Shown in pieces: positions 19,589 to 28,889 of a stretch of 64,000 nt of DNA; within the stretch, counting starts at the first letter, position 1; every line of letters begins with the position of its first letter. Source of the stretch: an uncultured Bacteriovoracaceae bacterium. GTDB taxonomy: Bacteria > Bdellovibrionota > Bacteriovoracia > Bacteriovoracales > Bacteriovoracaceae. The notes under the pieces are model-generated. The model searched no databases. It saw nothing but the letters and a program-made list of their open reading frames with translations, and was not told where the DNA came from. The position numbers and the translations under genes were made by a program. The stretch lies in contig CAXGUD010000003.1 in the NCBI GenBank assembly GCA_964012805.1, positions 32,001 through 96,000 on the forward strand, in the 5' to 3' direction.

Positions 19589-20581
19589 TTAAGGTTCAGT
19601 TACTTTTGACTGAATTACTTTTTGGAAGATCGTTCCAAAAATAGAGTGACCTTCATGATCTTTCATTTCAATTCTTATTGTATCGCCAGGTTTCATGAAA
19701 GGAGTTTTTATTTCACCTTCATTAATTTTTTCAAGCATTCTTTTTTCGGCTAAACAGGAGCTCCCTTTCTTCTCATCCTCATTGGAGACCGTTCCGCTTC
19801 CAATAATCGTTCCAGCGCTAAGGTTCCGTGTTCTAGCCGCATGCTCTATAAGTTGATGAAAAGAGAAGTGCATGTCCCCTGAGTCTGGGTTACCAAACCA
19901 TTCTTTGTTATATTCAGAAAGAAGTGGGAGGTGGACTCTTCCTTCTTTCCAGGCATTGCCTAATTCTTTGGGAGTGACAGCAAATGGAGAGAAGGCCGAG
20001 GAAGGTTTACTTTGCATGAATCCAAAGCCCATGGCTAACTCACCTGGGATAAGCCCTCTTAAGCTTACATCATTTACAAGTAGGATGAGTTTGATATATT
20101 GCTCAGCATCTTCTGCCTTCGTGCCCATAGGGACATCGCCAGTTATGACGGCAACTTCTCCTTCAAAGTCAAGCCCATGAGCCGAAGCGACGTGAGGAAT
20201 GTCCTCTCTTGGTGAAAGAAAGGTGTCGCTGCCACCTTGATACATAAGGGGTGTCGTTTTTAAGTTTTGTGGTGGTTCTGCTCCTCTTGCTTTTCTTACG
20301 AGAATGATGTGGCGGATATAAGCCGACCCATCAAGCCACTGATAGGCCCTGGGAAGAGGGGAGTGGAATGATTCTTCATTGACTTCAAAACTTGATGATA
20401 ATGAGCCCTCATTAAGAGCTTGATAGACTTCTTCGAGTTTTGGACAACACTCTTCCCAATTTTCGAGCGCTTGCTGAAGAGTTTGAGCAATATTTTCTAC
20501 TTTCGTTGCCTTTTTGTTGTCTCTACTAACAACAACAAGGTCTCCATCTTTAGATTTATTAATTAATGTTCCTAGTTTCAT
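19589..20581 (-). CDS. Fumarylacetoacetate hydrolase family protein
   Basis: PLPRAYQWLDGSAY, MYQGGSD, DFEGE, NDVSLR, QSKP, GSGTVSN. Confidence 0.93.
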   Translation of the reverse strand: MKLGTLINKSKDGDLVVVSRDNKKATKVENIAQTLQQALENWEECCPKLEEVYQALNEGSLSSSFEVNEESFHSPLPRAYQWLDGSAYIRHIILVRKARGAEPPQNLKTTPLMYQGGSDTFLSPREDIPHVASAHGLDFEGEVAVITGDVPMGTKAEDAEQYIKLILLVNDVSLRGLIPGELAMGFGFMQSKPSSAFSPFAVTPKELGNAWKEGRVHLPLLSEYNKEWFGNPDSGDMHFSFHQLIEHAARTRNLSAGTIIGSGTVSNEDEKKGSSCLAEKRMLEKINEGEIKTPFMKPGDTIRIEMKDHEGHSIFGTIFQKVIQSKVTEP

Positions 20582-20681
20582 TTCATTTCACCTCAAAAAG
20601 TTTTTTCTTTTCAAAAGGTCTGGCCTTTAGGTATTCAAATAGTATTGATCAATTTTATAGACCAAACCAAGGGGGAAAGCA

Positions 20682-21335
20682 ATTAAACCCATCCTTTATA
20701 GTTATTTTAGAAGCTCTTGTTCTTATAGAGTGCGGATAGCCCTTCATTATAAGAATATTGATTATGAATACCGACCCATTCACCTAGTAAAGGATGGTGG
20801 GGAGCAGCGCAAAGAGGATTATTTGAGTGTGAACCCAAAGGGAGAGGTTCCTTATTTTATTGATGGGGATCTTAAGCTAAGTCAATCCATGGCCATTTTG
20901 AGCTATATTGATGAAAAGTGGCCTCAAAACCCTCTTTTTCCAGATGATCGTGGTCTAAGGTCTAGGTGCATTCAATTAAGTGAAATTATCAACTCCGGGA
21001 TTCAGCCTTTGCAAAACTTGCGAGTAATGCAGGAAGTTGTTAAGCGCTTCGGCTGTAGTGACCAAGAGAAAAAGAATTGGTCTTCTTTTTGGATTGAAGA
21101 AGGTCTTTCGGTTTTAGAAAGAGAACTTGGTTTATTTAAAGGACCTTTTTCAATGGGTAAGGATTTAACTTGTGTTGACTTGTACTTAATTCCTCAAATA
21201 TATAACGCAAAAAGGTTTGGAATTGACTTGAAAAGGTTTCCTAGATTGGTCGATATAAATGATTCTTGTCTAAAGCTTGACCCATTTATTAAAGCTGACC
21301 CAAAAAATCAGCCTGATTCGCCCTCGGATCTATAG
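20682..21335 (+). CDS. maiA: Maleylacetoacetate isomerase (zeta-class GST), probable ATT start
   Basis: In-frame LYSYFRSSCSYRVRIAL lies upstream of the track's GTG 20730; NP.G.VP, LSQSMAI, SGIQPLQNL, PQIYNAKRF, QPD; divergent from the FAH gene. Confidence 0.9.
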   Translation: MKPILYSYFRSSCSYRVRIALHYKNIDYEYRPIHLVKDGGEQRKEDYLSVNPKGEVPYFIDGDLKLSQSMAILSYIDEKWPQNPLFPDDRGLRSRCIQLSEIINSGIQPLQNLRVMQEVVKRFGCSDQEKKNWSSFWIEEGLSVLERELGLFKGPFSMGKDLTCVDLYLIPQIYNAKRFGIDLKRFPRLVDINDSCLKLDPFIKADPKNQPDSPSDL

Positions 21336-21346
21336 GTTTTTGGCTT

Positions 21347-21760
21347 TTACATTGAGTCTTTAATAACCTTATTCCAGTATTGGAAGTGGTTCCTCACTTT
21401 GGAAAGAGCTTCTTGTATTTGTTCGTCTTGAAATGGCTTATTTAGGAAGTACTCTACACCGGCATTGAAACATTTTTCAAGAGTTTCTTTTGAGGTATCT
21501 CCAGAAAGAGCAATAACTTGAATACCTTTATTGAGGTAGCTGCAATATTCGAAAATATCAATCCCTAACTCTTCTCCTAAGTGAATATCAGTAATAACAG
21601 CTTCGATTGGGTTTTCAAAAATAAAGTCTGTCGCATCTTGAAGATTTGTAAAGGTAAACATTTCAATATCGAAATCGCATAGATCTGGTATTTTTATTTC
21701 AAGTGTTTCAAGAATATCTTCTTGATCATCAACCAACACAAGTTTCAGCTTATCGTCCAT
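21347..21760 (-). CDS. Single-domain response regulator
   Basis: LVDD, ITDIHL, ALSGD, NKPF. Confidence 0.88.
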   Translation of the reverse strand: MDDKLKLVLVDDQEDILETLEIKIPDLCDFDIEMFTFTNLQDATDFIFENPIEAVITDIHLGEELGIDIFEYCSYLNKGIQVIALSGDTSKETLEKCFNAGVEYFLNKPFQDEQIQEALSKVRNHFQYWNKVIKDSM

Positions 21761-21801
21761 GTTTTTATCTCCTTCTTCTCATTTTTTTATTTTTTCAAAT
21801 T

Positions 21802-23160
21802 TTACTCATCACCTTGCTTAGAAACGGCTTCGTAAACTCTTAAAAGATTGCCAGATTTATATGCATCTTTTTTCTCTAGAATAAAGTCTTTGATCGTCCA
21901 CTTTTTATTGAAAAAAATATAATCGGAAAGATCGTGAGAAATAATAAATATTGATGAGAATAAAGAAGGCTCACCGGCAGAACCGCCTAAGGTAACACCA
22001 TCATGAATGTTATGGTGTTGTTTAATTATGGTGTCTACATCGAGGGGAACACCTTGGAACTTTATTGAAGCATCTGCTGAGTCTTTATGATGATTTAAAA
22101 TTAACTTTTTTTCATCTTTTGTGAGCGTGTTTTTCATTTTATCAAATTTTGACTTTGTGTTGATTTCGGCAAGTTTTGTATTTTTTGCAAGAGTAAGATC
22201 ATGAAGGTAAGCACTAAAAATAAATTTTCTGAAGGTTTGGGGGTTTCCGACACCGAGTTCTTTTGCAATTCCACAGGCTATTCGGCCAGTTAGTTCAATA
22301 TGGCTAGAATAATAGTCAGCTTGGTTTTTATTTAATTTAAATATTTTTATAAACTTAGAAAATTTTGGAATTTGTTCAACTGTTTTCAAAACATCATCTA
22401 TATTTCCTTCGACGGTTTTGAGCTCTTCATCATTGAGAGGCATAATTTTTTGTATTTTTTCTAGCTTTTTTTTCATTTGATCAGGTGTTACAAAATTTAG
22501 TATTTGCTTGTTTTGAATAGCTTTTGTAACAGCATCTTCATTTTTGAGGATAATCTTTATAATATCTTGTGCATTTTCCCTTTCAAGAAAAAGGTATTTA
22601 ACCTGCCTTTTATTTAATTTGTGTATATCTTCTTCCGTAATAGTGTCTTCTTTCCTAAACATTTTTAAGTATCGGCCACTGACAAGCTTTATGAATAAGT
22701 GACCACCTAAATTTCTAAAATGGAGAAGAAGCAAAAGGGGAATTGCCAAATATTCATTTTTATTGGCACTTACTTCTTTTTCAAAATATTGCTCGATGGC
22801 TTTTTGAAAGTTATTGATATACTTTTCAGATTCACCAGAATATTTTTCCAAGCCACCAAATTCTTTATAAAGCTGAGGATCTTTTGAAATTCTAGGAACA
22901 AAATCATTGGTAAAAATGAGGAACTTTTTTCTTATACATTCAAATACAAGCTTTATACAGTTGTCTTTAAAACCCAAAAAATCTATAACAACTAATTTCA
23001 ATTTAGTACTGTCTTTTAAAATTTTCTCTGCATTTCCAACACTTGATACCGTTATACACTGAAAACCCGTCATATAATTAATGAGGATAGAGTATAACTC
23101 GCCCATCAAGTTATCTTGAAAAAAGATAAGTACTTCAAAATCTTGATTCTTTTTGTCCAT
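21802..23160 (-). CDS. Degenerate receiver plus HD-GYP-like domain protein
   Basis: Receiver-like N-terminus; SH...YLHDL...HH...QHH HD-family motifs; the GYP motif is replaced by DGVTLG. Confidence 0.7.
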   Translation of the reverse strand: MDKKNQDFEVLIFFQDNLMGELYSILINYMTGFQCITVSSVGNAEKILKDSTKLKLVVIDFLGFKDNCIKLVFECIRKKFLIFTNDFVPRISKDPQLYKEFGGLEKYSGESEKYINNFQKAIEQYFEKEVSANKNEYLAIPLLLLLHFRNLGGHLFIKLVSGRYLKMFRKEDTITEEDIHKLNKRQVKYLFLERENAQDIIKIILKNEDAVTKAIQNKQILNFVTPDQMKKKLEKIQKIMPLNDEELKTVEGNIDDVLKTVEQIPKFSKFIKIFKLNKNQADYYSSHIELTGRIACGIAKELGVGNPQTFRKFIFSAYLHDLTLAKNTKLAEINTKSKFDKMKNTLTKDEKKLILNHHKDSADASIKFQGVPLDVDTIIKQHHNIHDGVTLGGSAGEPSLFSSIFIISHDLSDYIFFNKKWTIKDFILEKKDAYKSGNLLRVYEAVSKQGDE

Positions 23161-23232
23161 GTCCCCACCGTAAAGAACAGTACTTTCCTCTCGTCATTTT
23201 AGTCTATTATCTTGAGGGGGAAGAATGGTAAG

Positions 23233-23943
23233 TTACCAGCTCCATCCGAGCTCGGCAAAAGTGGAGTAAAAGTATCGGTATTTGTTTTGGTCACTCATTT
23301 TGTCTTCAATTGATGTGAGAGTAAATCTTATAAATGATCCTTTTCTAAAATAAAAAGGAAGAGAGTACGGAAGGTTATCTTCTGGAGTTAGAAATAGAAC
23401 GGCTCCAGCAGAGTATTCTTGTTGTTTTCTATAATCTAGGTCTGTTTGGAAGGGGTAACGTAAAAATAAATTTATGTGCTTATTTAATTTTGAAAAGAAA
23501 ACTTCAATTGAGTACTTTACTCCATATAAATCGTCGTATCCAAACTTGTCTGAATTTTTATATTTTATTTGCATTCTAGAGTGAAAGTAGTGTGCCGAAA
23601 GGATAAACATCAAGGGGGTTGCTGGAATTTCCCATCTTAGTGTGCTTTCATAATGACCCATTAAGGCTTCGTACCCTTTTTTACTTGTCATGGTAACTGG
23701 GCCCATAAGTCTTACTTCGTTAGTTAAGTAAAGCCAGTTTGGCAAAAGCATTGCTTTCAAGCCAAGTTTTAAAGAACCTGTATTTTCTTTAAAACTTAAG
23801 TTTAAAGAGCTAGTATTTTCTTTGTAACTTAAACTATGGTATCCCAAAGCAAATTCCCAAAGAAAAGTGTCACCTCCAAAAGATCCCTTTTGGAAGCTAA
23901 GGGTTAAAAAGGCTGCTAATAAAGTATATTTTAGTTTTCTCAT
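23233..23943 (-). CDS. Hypothetical outer-membrane beta-barrel protein
   Basis: Signal peptide, amphipathic strands, terminal AELGWSW. Confidence 0.6.
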   Translation of the reverse strand: MRKLKYTLLAAFLTLSFQKGSFGGDTFLWEFALGYHSLSYKENTSSLNLSFKENTGSLKLGLKAMLLPNWLYLTNEVRLMGPVTMTSKKGYEALMGHYESTLRWEIPATPLMFILSAHYFHSRMQIKYKNSDKFGYDDLYGVKYSIEVFFSKLNKHINLFLRYPFQTDLDYRKQQEYSAGAVLFLTPEDNLPYSLPFYFRKGSFIRFTLTSIEDKMSDQNKYRYFYSTFAELGWSW

Positions 23944-24001
23944 GATTATGATTATAGTCTCTACAAAAGAGTTAATGTAGGGGAGTAAAAAATGATGCGG
24001 A

Positions 24002-24448
24002 GTGGCTATGAGGGTCGTTGTTCAGAGAGTAACAGGTGCTAATGTAAGAGTTGGTGATGAATTAGTGGGGGAAATTGGCCCTGGTTTAGTCCTCCTCGTT
24101 TGCTTTGAAAAGAGAGACTTACCCGATATTTTGGAAAAAGCTTCAAAGAAAGTTCTAAATTTAAGGTGTTTTGAAGACCCGGATACCAAAAAAATGGGAA
24201 AGAGTGTTTCTGATATTGAAGGCGGTTCTTTGTTGGCAATAAGTCAGTTTACACTTTCCTGGAGAGGAGGAAAAGGTAATCGACCCGGTTTTGATAATTC
24301 GATGGAACCAGCAAAAGCAAATGAAATGTTTGAAGATTTCTGTTCAATTTTGAAAAAAACTGTCCAGGTTGAAAAAGGTGTTTTTGGAGAGTTTATGGAC
24401 GTTTCAATAAAGAATCATGGGCCTGTGACATTTTGTCTTGATTTTTAA
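24002..24448 (+). CDS. dtd: D-aminoacyl-tRNA deacylase
   Basis: MRVVVQRV, SQFTL, KGNRP.F, NHGPVT (Gly-cisPro motif). Confidence 0.95.
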   Translation: MAMRVVVQRVTGANVRVGDELVGEIGPGLVLLVCFEKRDLPDILEKASKKVLNLRCFEDPDTKKMGKSVSDIEGGSLLAISQFTLSWRGGKGNRPGFDNSMEPAKANEMFEDFCSILKKTVQVEKGVFGEFMDVSIKNHGPVTFCLDF

Positions 24449-24541
24449 AATATTCGCCAACATTGTTGATTTCTTTTACAACAGAAGATAACTTTCCACA
24501 CCACTAGTGTCTCTGATGATAAGTTGGCGGCGCAGATTCTC

Positions 24542-24595
24542 TTAAGACCTCTTTAAAAGCCTTTTAAAAGGAGTTTAAAGCTCCTATGTTAGGTT
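24542..24595 (+). promoter_or_regulatory. Four TTAA direct repeats at 11-bp period followed by an extended -10-like element
   Basis: TTAA at 24542, 24553, 24564 and 24575; TGT-TAGGTT at 24587-24595. Confidence 0.45.
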
Positions 24596-24652
24596 TCACC
24601 AAGACCTTGTTTCAATTTCGAAGGTTTTTAATAAAGGTAAAGGAGGAAACCT

Positions 24653-25255
24653 ATGAAAAGTTCACTAAAAATGTTTTTAATTTTAGCTGCTGCTATGATT
24701 TTAGGGCAAGCTCAAGCTGACGATATTCAGTTGGGTCACCCAGGTTATGGTGGTAATGGTTGTCCAAGTGGGAGTGCTTCTGTAACTCTTAGCCCTGATA
24801 ATAAGGCCCTATCAATTCTTTTTGATGAATTTCAGGTTGAAGCAGGTGGTTTTTCTGGAAGAAGAGTTGCACGTAAATCTTGTAATATTGCAATTCCCGT
24901 TCACGTTCCTCAGGGAATGAGTGTCTCTATTATTGAGGCTGACTATAGAGGTTTTAACTCTATTCCACGTGGTGGAATGTCTCGTTTCTCTGCTGAGTAT
25001 TTCTTTGCTGGTAAAAGAGGTCCTAGGTATAGAAAGACTTTTAGAGGTGGTATAGATGACGATTATACACTTTCAAATACTTTGGCCTTAAGTGCTTTGA
25101 CATGGTCTCCATGTGGTCAGTCAGTTAACCTTCGTGTTAACACCAGCATGATGGTGAGGACAAACAGGATGGGAGACGATGCTCTTTCTACAGTTGATAG
25201 TGCTGATTTCAATGCAGGTCTAGTTTATCACCTTAAGTGGAGAAGGTGTCGATAA
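24653..25255 (+). CDS. DUF4360 family secreted protein
   Basis: Signal peptide ending AQA; GGNGCPSGS, ILFD, ARKSC, DYRG, WSPCG, WRRC; strong SD AAGGAGG. Confidence 0.85.
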   Translation: MKSSLKMFLILAAAMILGQAQADDIQLGHPGYGGNGCPSGSASVTLSPDNKALSILFDEFQVEAGGFSGRRVARKSCNIAIPVHVPQGMSVSIIEADYRGFNSIPRGGMSRFSAEYFFAGKRGPRYRKTFRGGIDDDYTLSNTLALSALTWSPCGQSVNLRVNTSMMVRTNRMGDDALSTVDSADFNAGLVYHLKWRRCR

Positions 25256-25289
25256 TTGATATTTAGGTCTTGGTTTTGTGTTTAGCGTT

Positions 25290-25323
25290 AAAAGCCCCTT
25301 TCTTTCGGAAGGGGCTTTTTTTT
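25290..25323 (+). terminator. Rho-independent terminator (possibly bidirectional)
   Basis: AAAAGCCCCTT...AAGGGGCTTTT stem followed by a T run. Confidence 0.9.
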
Positions 25324-25472
25324 GCTAAAAAAATTAATGATTTAGTCTTCTCATAACAATTTCATTTTTCTAAAATTATCTAAGAATAAATTAATCGGAA
25401 TCCTGACCCAACTCCTTTTTGGTAAAAGGAAGTGGTTTTTTGAGGGAGGTTTTATGCTTTTGAGGAGGTATT

Positions 25473-26210
25473 ATGATTAGAGTTACTGAACTCTCAAAAT
25501 CATTTGGTGAGATTAAAGCCGTAGACAAAATTTCTTTTGAAGTAAAAGAAGGTGAAGTTTTGGGTTTTTTGGGGCCAAATGGCGCTGGAAAATCAACTAC
25601 TATGAAAATGATCACTAGCTTTATTTCTCCATCTGGAGGAGATGCAACCGTTTTTGGAAAATCTATTCTAAGTGAACCTATTGAGGTGAGAAAAAAAATA
25701 GGATATATGCCAGAAAATGCACCTCTTTATGATGATATGACTGTCGATGAGTTTCTTCATTATACCGCTCAATTGAGAGGTCTTGAAAAAAAGGGTCAAG
25801 TGAAGGCAGTGGAAAAAGTCATAGAAATGTGTGCTTTGAAAGATGTTCAATTTCAAACGATAGAAACTCTTTCTAAAGGTTACAAAAGAAGAACTTCTAT
25901 GGCCCAAGCTCTTATTCATGACCCACAAGTGTTAATTTTGGATGAACCAACTGATGGATTAGACCCAAATCAAAAGCACGACGTAAGGACTTTGATTAAA
26001 TCGCTGGCAAAAGATAAATGTGTCATTCTCTCGACTCATATTCTTGAAGAAGTGGAAGCGGTTTGTACAAGGGCCATTATAATTTCATCTGGGAAAAAAC
26101 TTTTTGATGGAGAAGCATCAGAACTAAAAGAAAAATCATCTTTAGGAAGAATTGATGATGTTTTTAGGGCCATAACGACAGGCCAAGAAGTGCAAGGAGT
26201 TTCATTATGA
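25473..26210 (+). CDS. ABC transporter ATP-binding protein (GldA-like)
   Basis: GPNGAGKST, LSKGY signature, ILDEPTDGLDPNQ, STH. Confidence 0.92.
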   Translation: MIRVTELSKSFGEIKAVDKISFEVKEGEVLGFLGPNGAGKSTTMKMITSFISPSGGDATVFGKSILSEPIEVRKKIGYMPENAPLYDDMTVDEFLHYTAQLRGLEKKGQVKAVEKVIEMCALKDVQFQTIETLSKGYKRRTSMAQALIHDPQVLILDEPTDGLDPNQKHDVRTLIKSLAKDKCVILSTHILEEVEAVCTRAIIISSGKKLFDGEASELKEKSSLGRIDDVFRAITTGQEVQGVSL

Positions 26211-26953
26211 TGAGTCATTCAGTAAAAACTATTTTAAAAAAAGAATTAAAGTCCTACTTTACGACTCCCCTTGGATACGTCTTTTCTATAATTTTTCTTT
26301 TTTCCATAGGCTATGTAACATTTGAATCTGGCCGCGGTAGTTTTTTCGTTTTAAGGCAAGCTGATCTAAGTTCTTTTTTTAGATACATTCCCTGGCTTTT
26401 TCTTCTTTTAGTTCCTGCAGTATCAATGAGGTTATGGGCCGAAGAAAGGAAATCTGGTACAATAGAACTTCTTTTAACTCTACCAGTAACAGTAAGAGAA
26501 GCGGTCCTTGGAAAATTCCTGGCATCATGGGCTTTTATAGGTTTTAACCTTCTTTGTACTTTTCCAATCGTTTTAACGGTAGCCTACCTCGGACAACCAG
26601 ATTACCTCGTCATACTTATAGGGTATTTGGGTTCCTTTCTCTTGGGTGGAGCATACCTAGCAATAGGCTGCTTTTTTTCTGCTTTGACAAAAAATCAGGT
26701 CATAAGTTTCATTTGTACCGTTGTCTTTTGTTACCTTTTAACTATGGCAGGCTCACCACCTATTCTTGAATTTCTTTCAACTTTTCTTCATCGTTACTTT
26801 TTAGATCTTTTTGAATCTCTTAGCATGATTCATCATTTTGAAACAATGGGAAGAGGAGTAATGAGGGTAGGCGATTTATGGTTTTTTGCTGTCATAATTC
26901 TTGCTTGGCTTTACGGTTGCGAGGCCATTTTAGATGAGAAAAAAGCTTCTTAA
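26207..26953 (+). CDS. ABC-2 permease (GldF-like)
   Basis: KKELKSYFTTP, MRLWAEERKSGTIELLLTLP, six TM segments. Confidence 0.9.
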   Translation: MMSHSVKTILKKELKSYFTTPLGYVFSIIFLFSIGYVTFESGRGSFFVLRQADLSSFFRYIPWLFLLLVPAVSMRLWAEERKSGTIELLLTLPVTVREAVLGKFLASWAFIGFNLLCTFPIVLTVAYLGQPDYLVILIGYLGSFLLGGAYLAIGCFFSALTKNQVISFICTVVFCYLLTMAGSPPILEFLSTFLHRYFLDLFESLSMIHHFETMGRGVMRVGDLWFFAVIILAWLYGCEAILDEKKAS

Positions 26954-26963
26954 GGAGAGAAAA

Positions 26964-28874
26964 ATGAAAAGACAAACTGGTAATTATTTTGTTGTCACCT
27001 TAAGCGCGATTATCATGGTTTTAACCGTTTATATCGGAAATTCGTGGTTAAAGCGTTTTAAGGTAGACATGACCGAAGAAAAACTTTACACACTTTCAAA
27101 TGGCTCGAAGGATATTTTAAAAAAATTAAATACTCCTTTGACTTTGAAACTTTACTACTCAAAAACAAGTGCTAATAAAGGAACTGAGGGCCTAAGAATA
27201 TTTAATAATTATTTCTTCTATGTGAAGGACTTATTGGAAGAGTACGTTGCTCATTCAAGAAATAATCTAAGACTTCAGGTCATTGATCCTAGACCAGATA
27301 CTAAGGAAGAGGAAGAAGCTTCTACCTACGGGTTAAAAAAGTTTCAGTTGACTGAAACCGAAAAATATTTTTTTGGTCTCGTTGTGGAGAATAATGTAGG
27401 GACTGAAAAAATTATTGAATTCTTTGATCCTGGCCAACAAGAAAACCTAGAGTATGAAGTCACCAGGTTGATTTATTCAGTTATTAATCCGAGGAAGAAA
27501 AGCGTTGGTATTCTTTCTTCTCTCCCTATCTTAAATGATAAGATGACTCCTTACATGGCTCAATTAATGAGGATGCAAGGAAAAGCACCTCAAGAATCCT
27601 GGATAATTACTAAGCTTATGCAGGAGTTCTACGATGTTAAAAATATTGAGCCGGATACTGAAAAAATTTCTGGTTTAGATATTTTGATGATTGCTCATCC
27701 TAAAAATCTATCTGAAAAAACTCTTTGGGCCATTGACCAATATGTATTAGGTGGCGGAAAAGTCCTTCTTTTTGTTGACCCTTATTCGATTGTTGACAAC
27801 GTTATTTCTAAGGCAAGAGCTGGAGCTGAGAAAAAGTCAAACCTCAAAAAGTTGATGACTAAGTGGGGGGTAGAGCTAGAAGAGAAAAAACTAGCTGGAG
27901 ACCGCTTTTTAAGTGGTGTAGGTAGAATGAATGCTAGAATGCAACCTCAGAGATTGCTTGCTCTCTTAGAGTGTGATCAAAGATGCGGTGCTGAATTTAA
28001 GGATGCTATTACTTATAAACTCGGAAGCATGACATTCCTTTACCCTGGCAGTTTGAGGGTAATTGATAAAAAGCAAAAAGATAAAAAGATCTATCCTATT
28101 CTAGGGACAACCAACAAAGGTAATTCATACGAGTTTTCCACATGGAAGTTAAGTGATCCTACCTATTTATGGAAAAATTTTAAAGACGGTAGCAAGCCTG
28201 TTCATTTAGCTTATAAAATTGTTGGTAAGTTTGAATCAGCGTTTCCAAATGGAGTGAGTGTTAAGAAAAAGGATCAAAAGGATAAGGTTGAAAAAGAGAT
28301 CCTTCTCACGGGACTAAAGAAGTCGACAAAAGAATCCGCGGTAATTGTTTTTAGTGATGTTGACTTTATCCACGATCAGTTTTCTTTTAAAAACTCTGTT
28401 TTTGGTATTGGTTTGGCAAATGAAAATTCCACTCTTGTATTAAATTCTTTGGAACAACTTGGTGGTTCAAGAGAATTGTTGGAAGTACGTTCAAAGGGTC
28501 GATTTAACCGTTCATTTGATGTTGTAGATAAGATTGAGTTTGATGCTCAAAAAAATACAGCTGAAAAAGTTTCTGAGATCAATAAGAGAATTGAAAGTTT
28601 TGAAAAAGAATTGGGAGAACTAGGTAGAAAAATGAATGAAGGTAATATCGGCTTAATTCAAAACGAAGGTATTAAGAAGAAAAAAGAATTAACTAAAGTT
28701 ATTGCAAAATTAAAGGGTGAACTTCGTGATGTGAAAAGAGAGGGGAGAGAAAAGATTGAGAAGCTTGGTTCAAACCTCCAGTACTTAAATACTCTTTTTA
28801 TGCCTTCGATTCTTTTAGTTTTTGGGATCTTTTTCCAAATGAGAAGAAAGAAAGGTATCAGAAAAGATTCTTAA
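26964..28874 (+). CDS. GldG-family ABC transporter auxiliary protein
   Basis: DMTEEKLYTLS, LEYEVTRLI, AIDQYVLGGG, DVDF, coiled coil and C-terminal TM; start set at ATG 26964 behind AAGGAG. Confidence 0.85.
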   Translation: MKRQTGNYFVVTLSAIIMVLTVYIGNSWLKRFKVDMTEEKLYTLSNGSKDILKKLNTPLTLKLYYSKTSANKGTEGLRIFNNYFFYVKDLLEEYVAHSRNNLRLQVIDPRPDTKEEEEASTYGLKKFQLTETEKYFFGLVVENNVGTEKIIEFFDPGQQENLEYEVTRLIYSVINPRKKSVGILSSLPILNDKMTPYMAQLMRMQGKAPQESWIITKLMQEFYDVKNIEPDTEKISGLDILMIAHPKNLSEKTLWAIDQYVLGGGKVLLFVDPYSIVDNVISKARAGAEKKSNLKKLMTKWGVELEEKKLAGDRFLSGVGRMNARMQPQRLLALLECDQRCGAEFKDAITYKLGSMTFLYPGSLRVIDKKQKDKKIYPILGTTNKGNSYEFSTWKLSDPTYLWKNFKDGSKPVHLAYKIVGKFESAFPNGVSVKKKDQKDKVEKEILLTGLKKSTKESAVIVFSDVDFIHDQFSFKNSVFGIGLANENSTLVLNSLEQLGGSRELLEVRSKGRFNRSFDVVDKIEFDAQKNTAEKVSEINKRIESFEKELGELGRKMNEGNIGLIQNEGIKKKKELTKVIAKLKGELRDVKREGREKIEKLGSNLQYLNTLFMPSILLVFGIFFQMRRKKGIRKDS

Positions 28875-28889
28875 GGGGAGGATAAAAAA

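Noticed and set aside
24455..24545. CTGATGA inside a CGCCAAC/GTTGGCG inverted repeat, as a possible hammerhead ribozyme
   Set aside because: No GAAA after a plausible stem II; the 7-bp repeat alone is weak evidence
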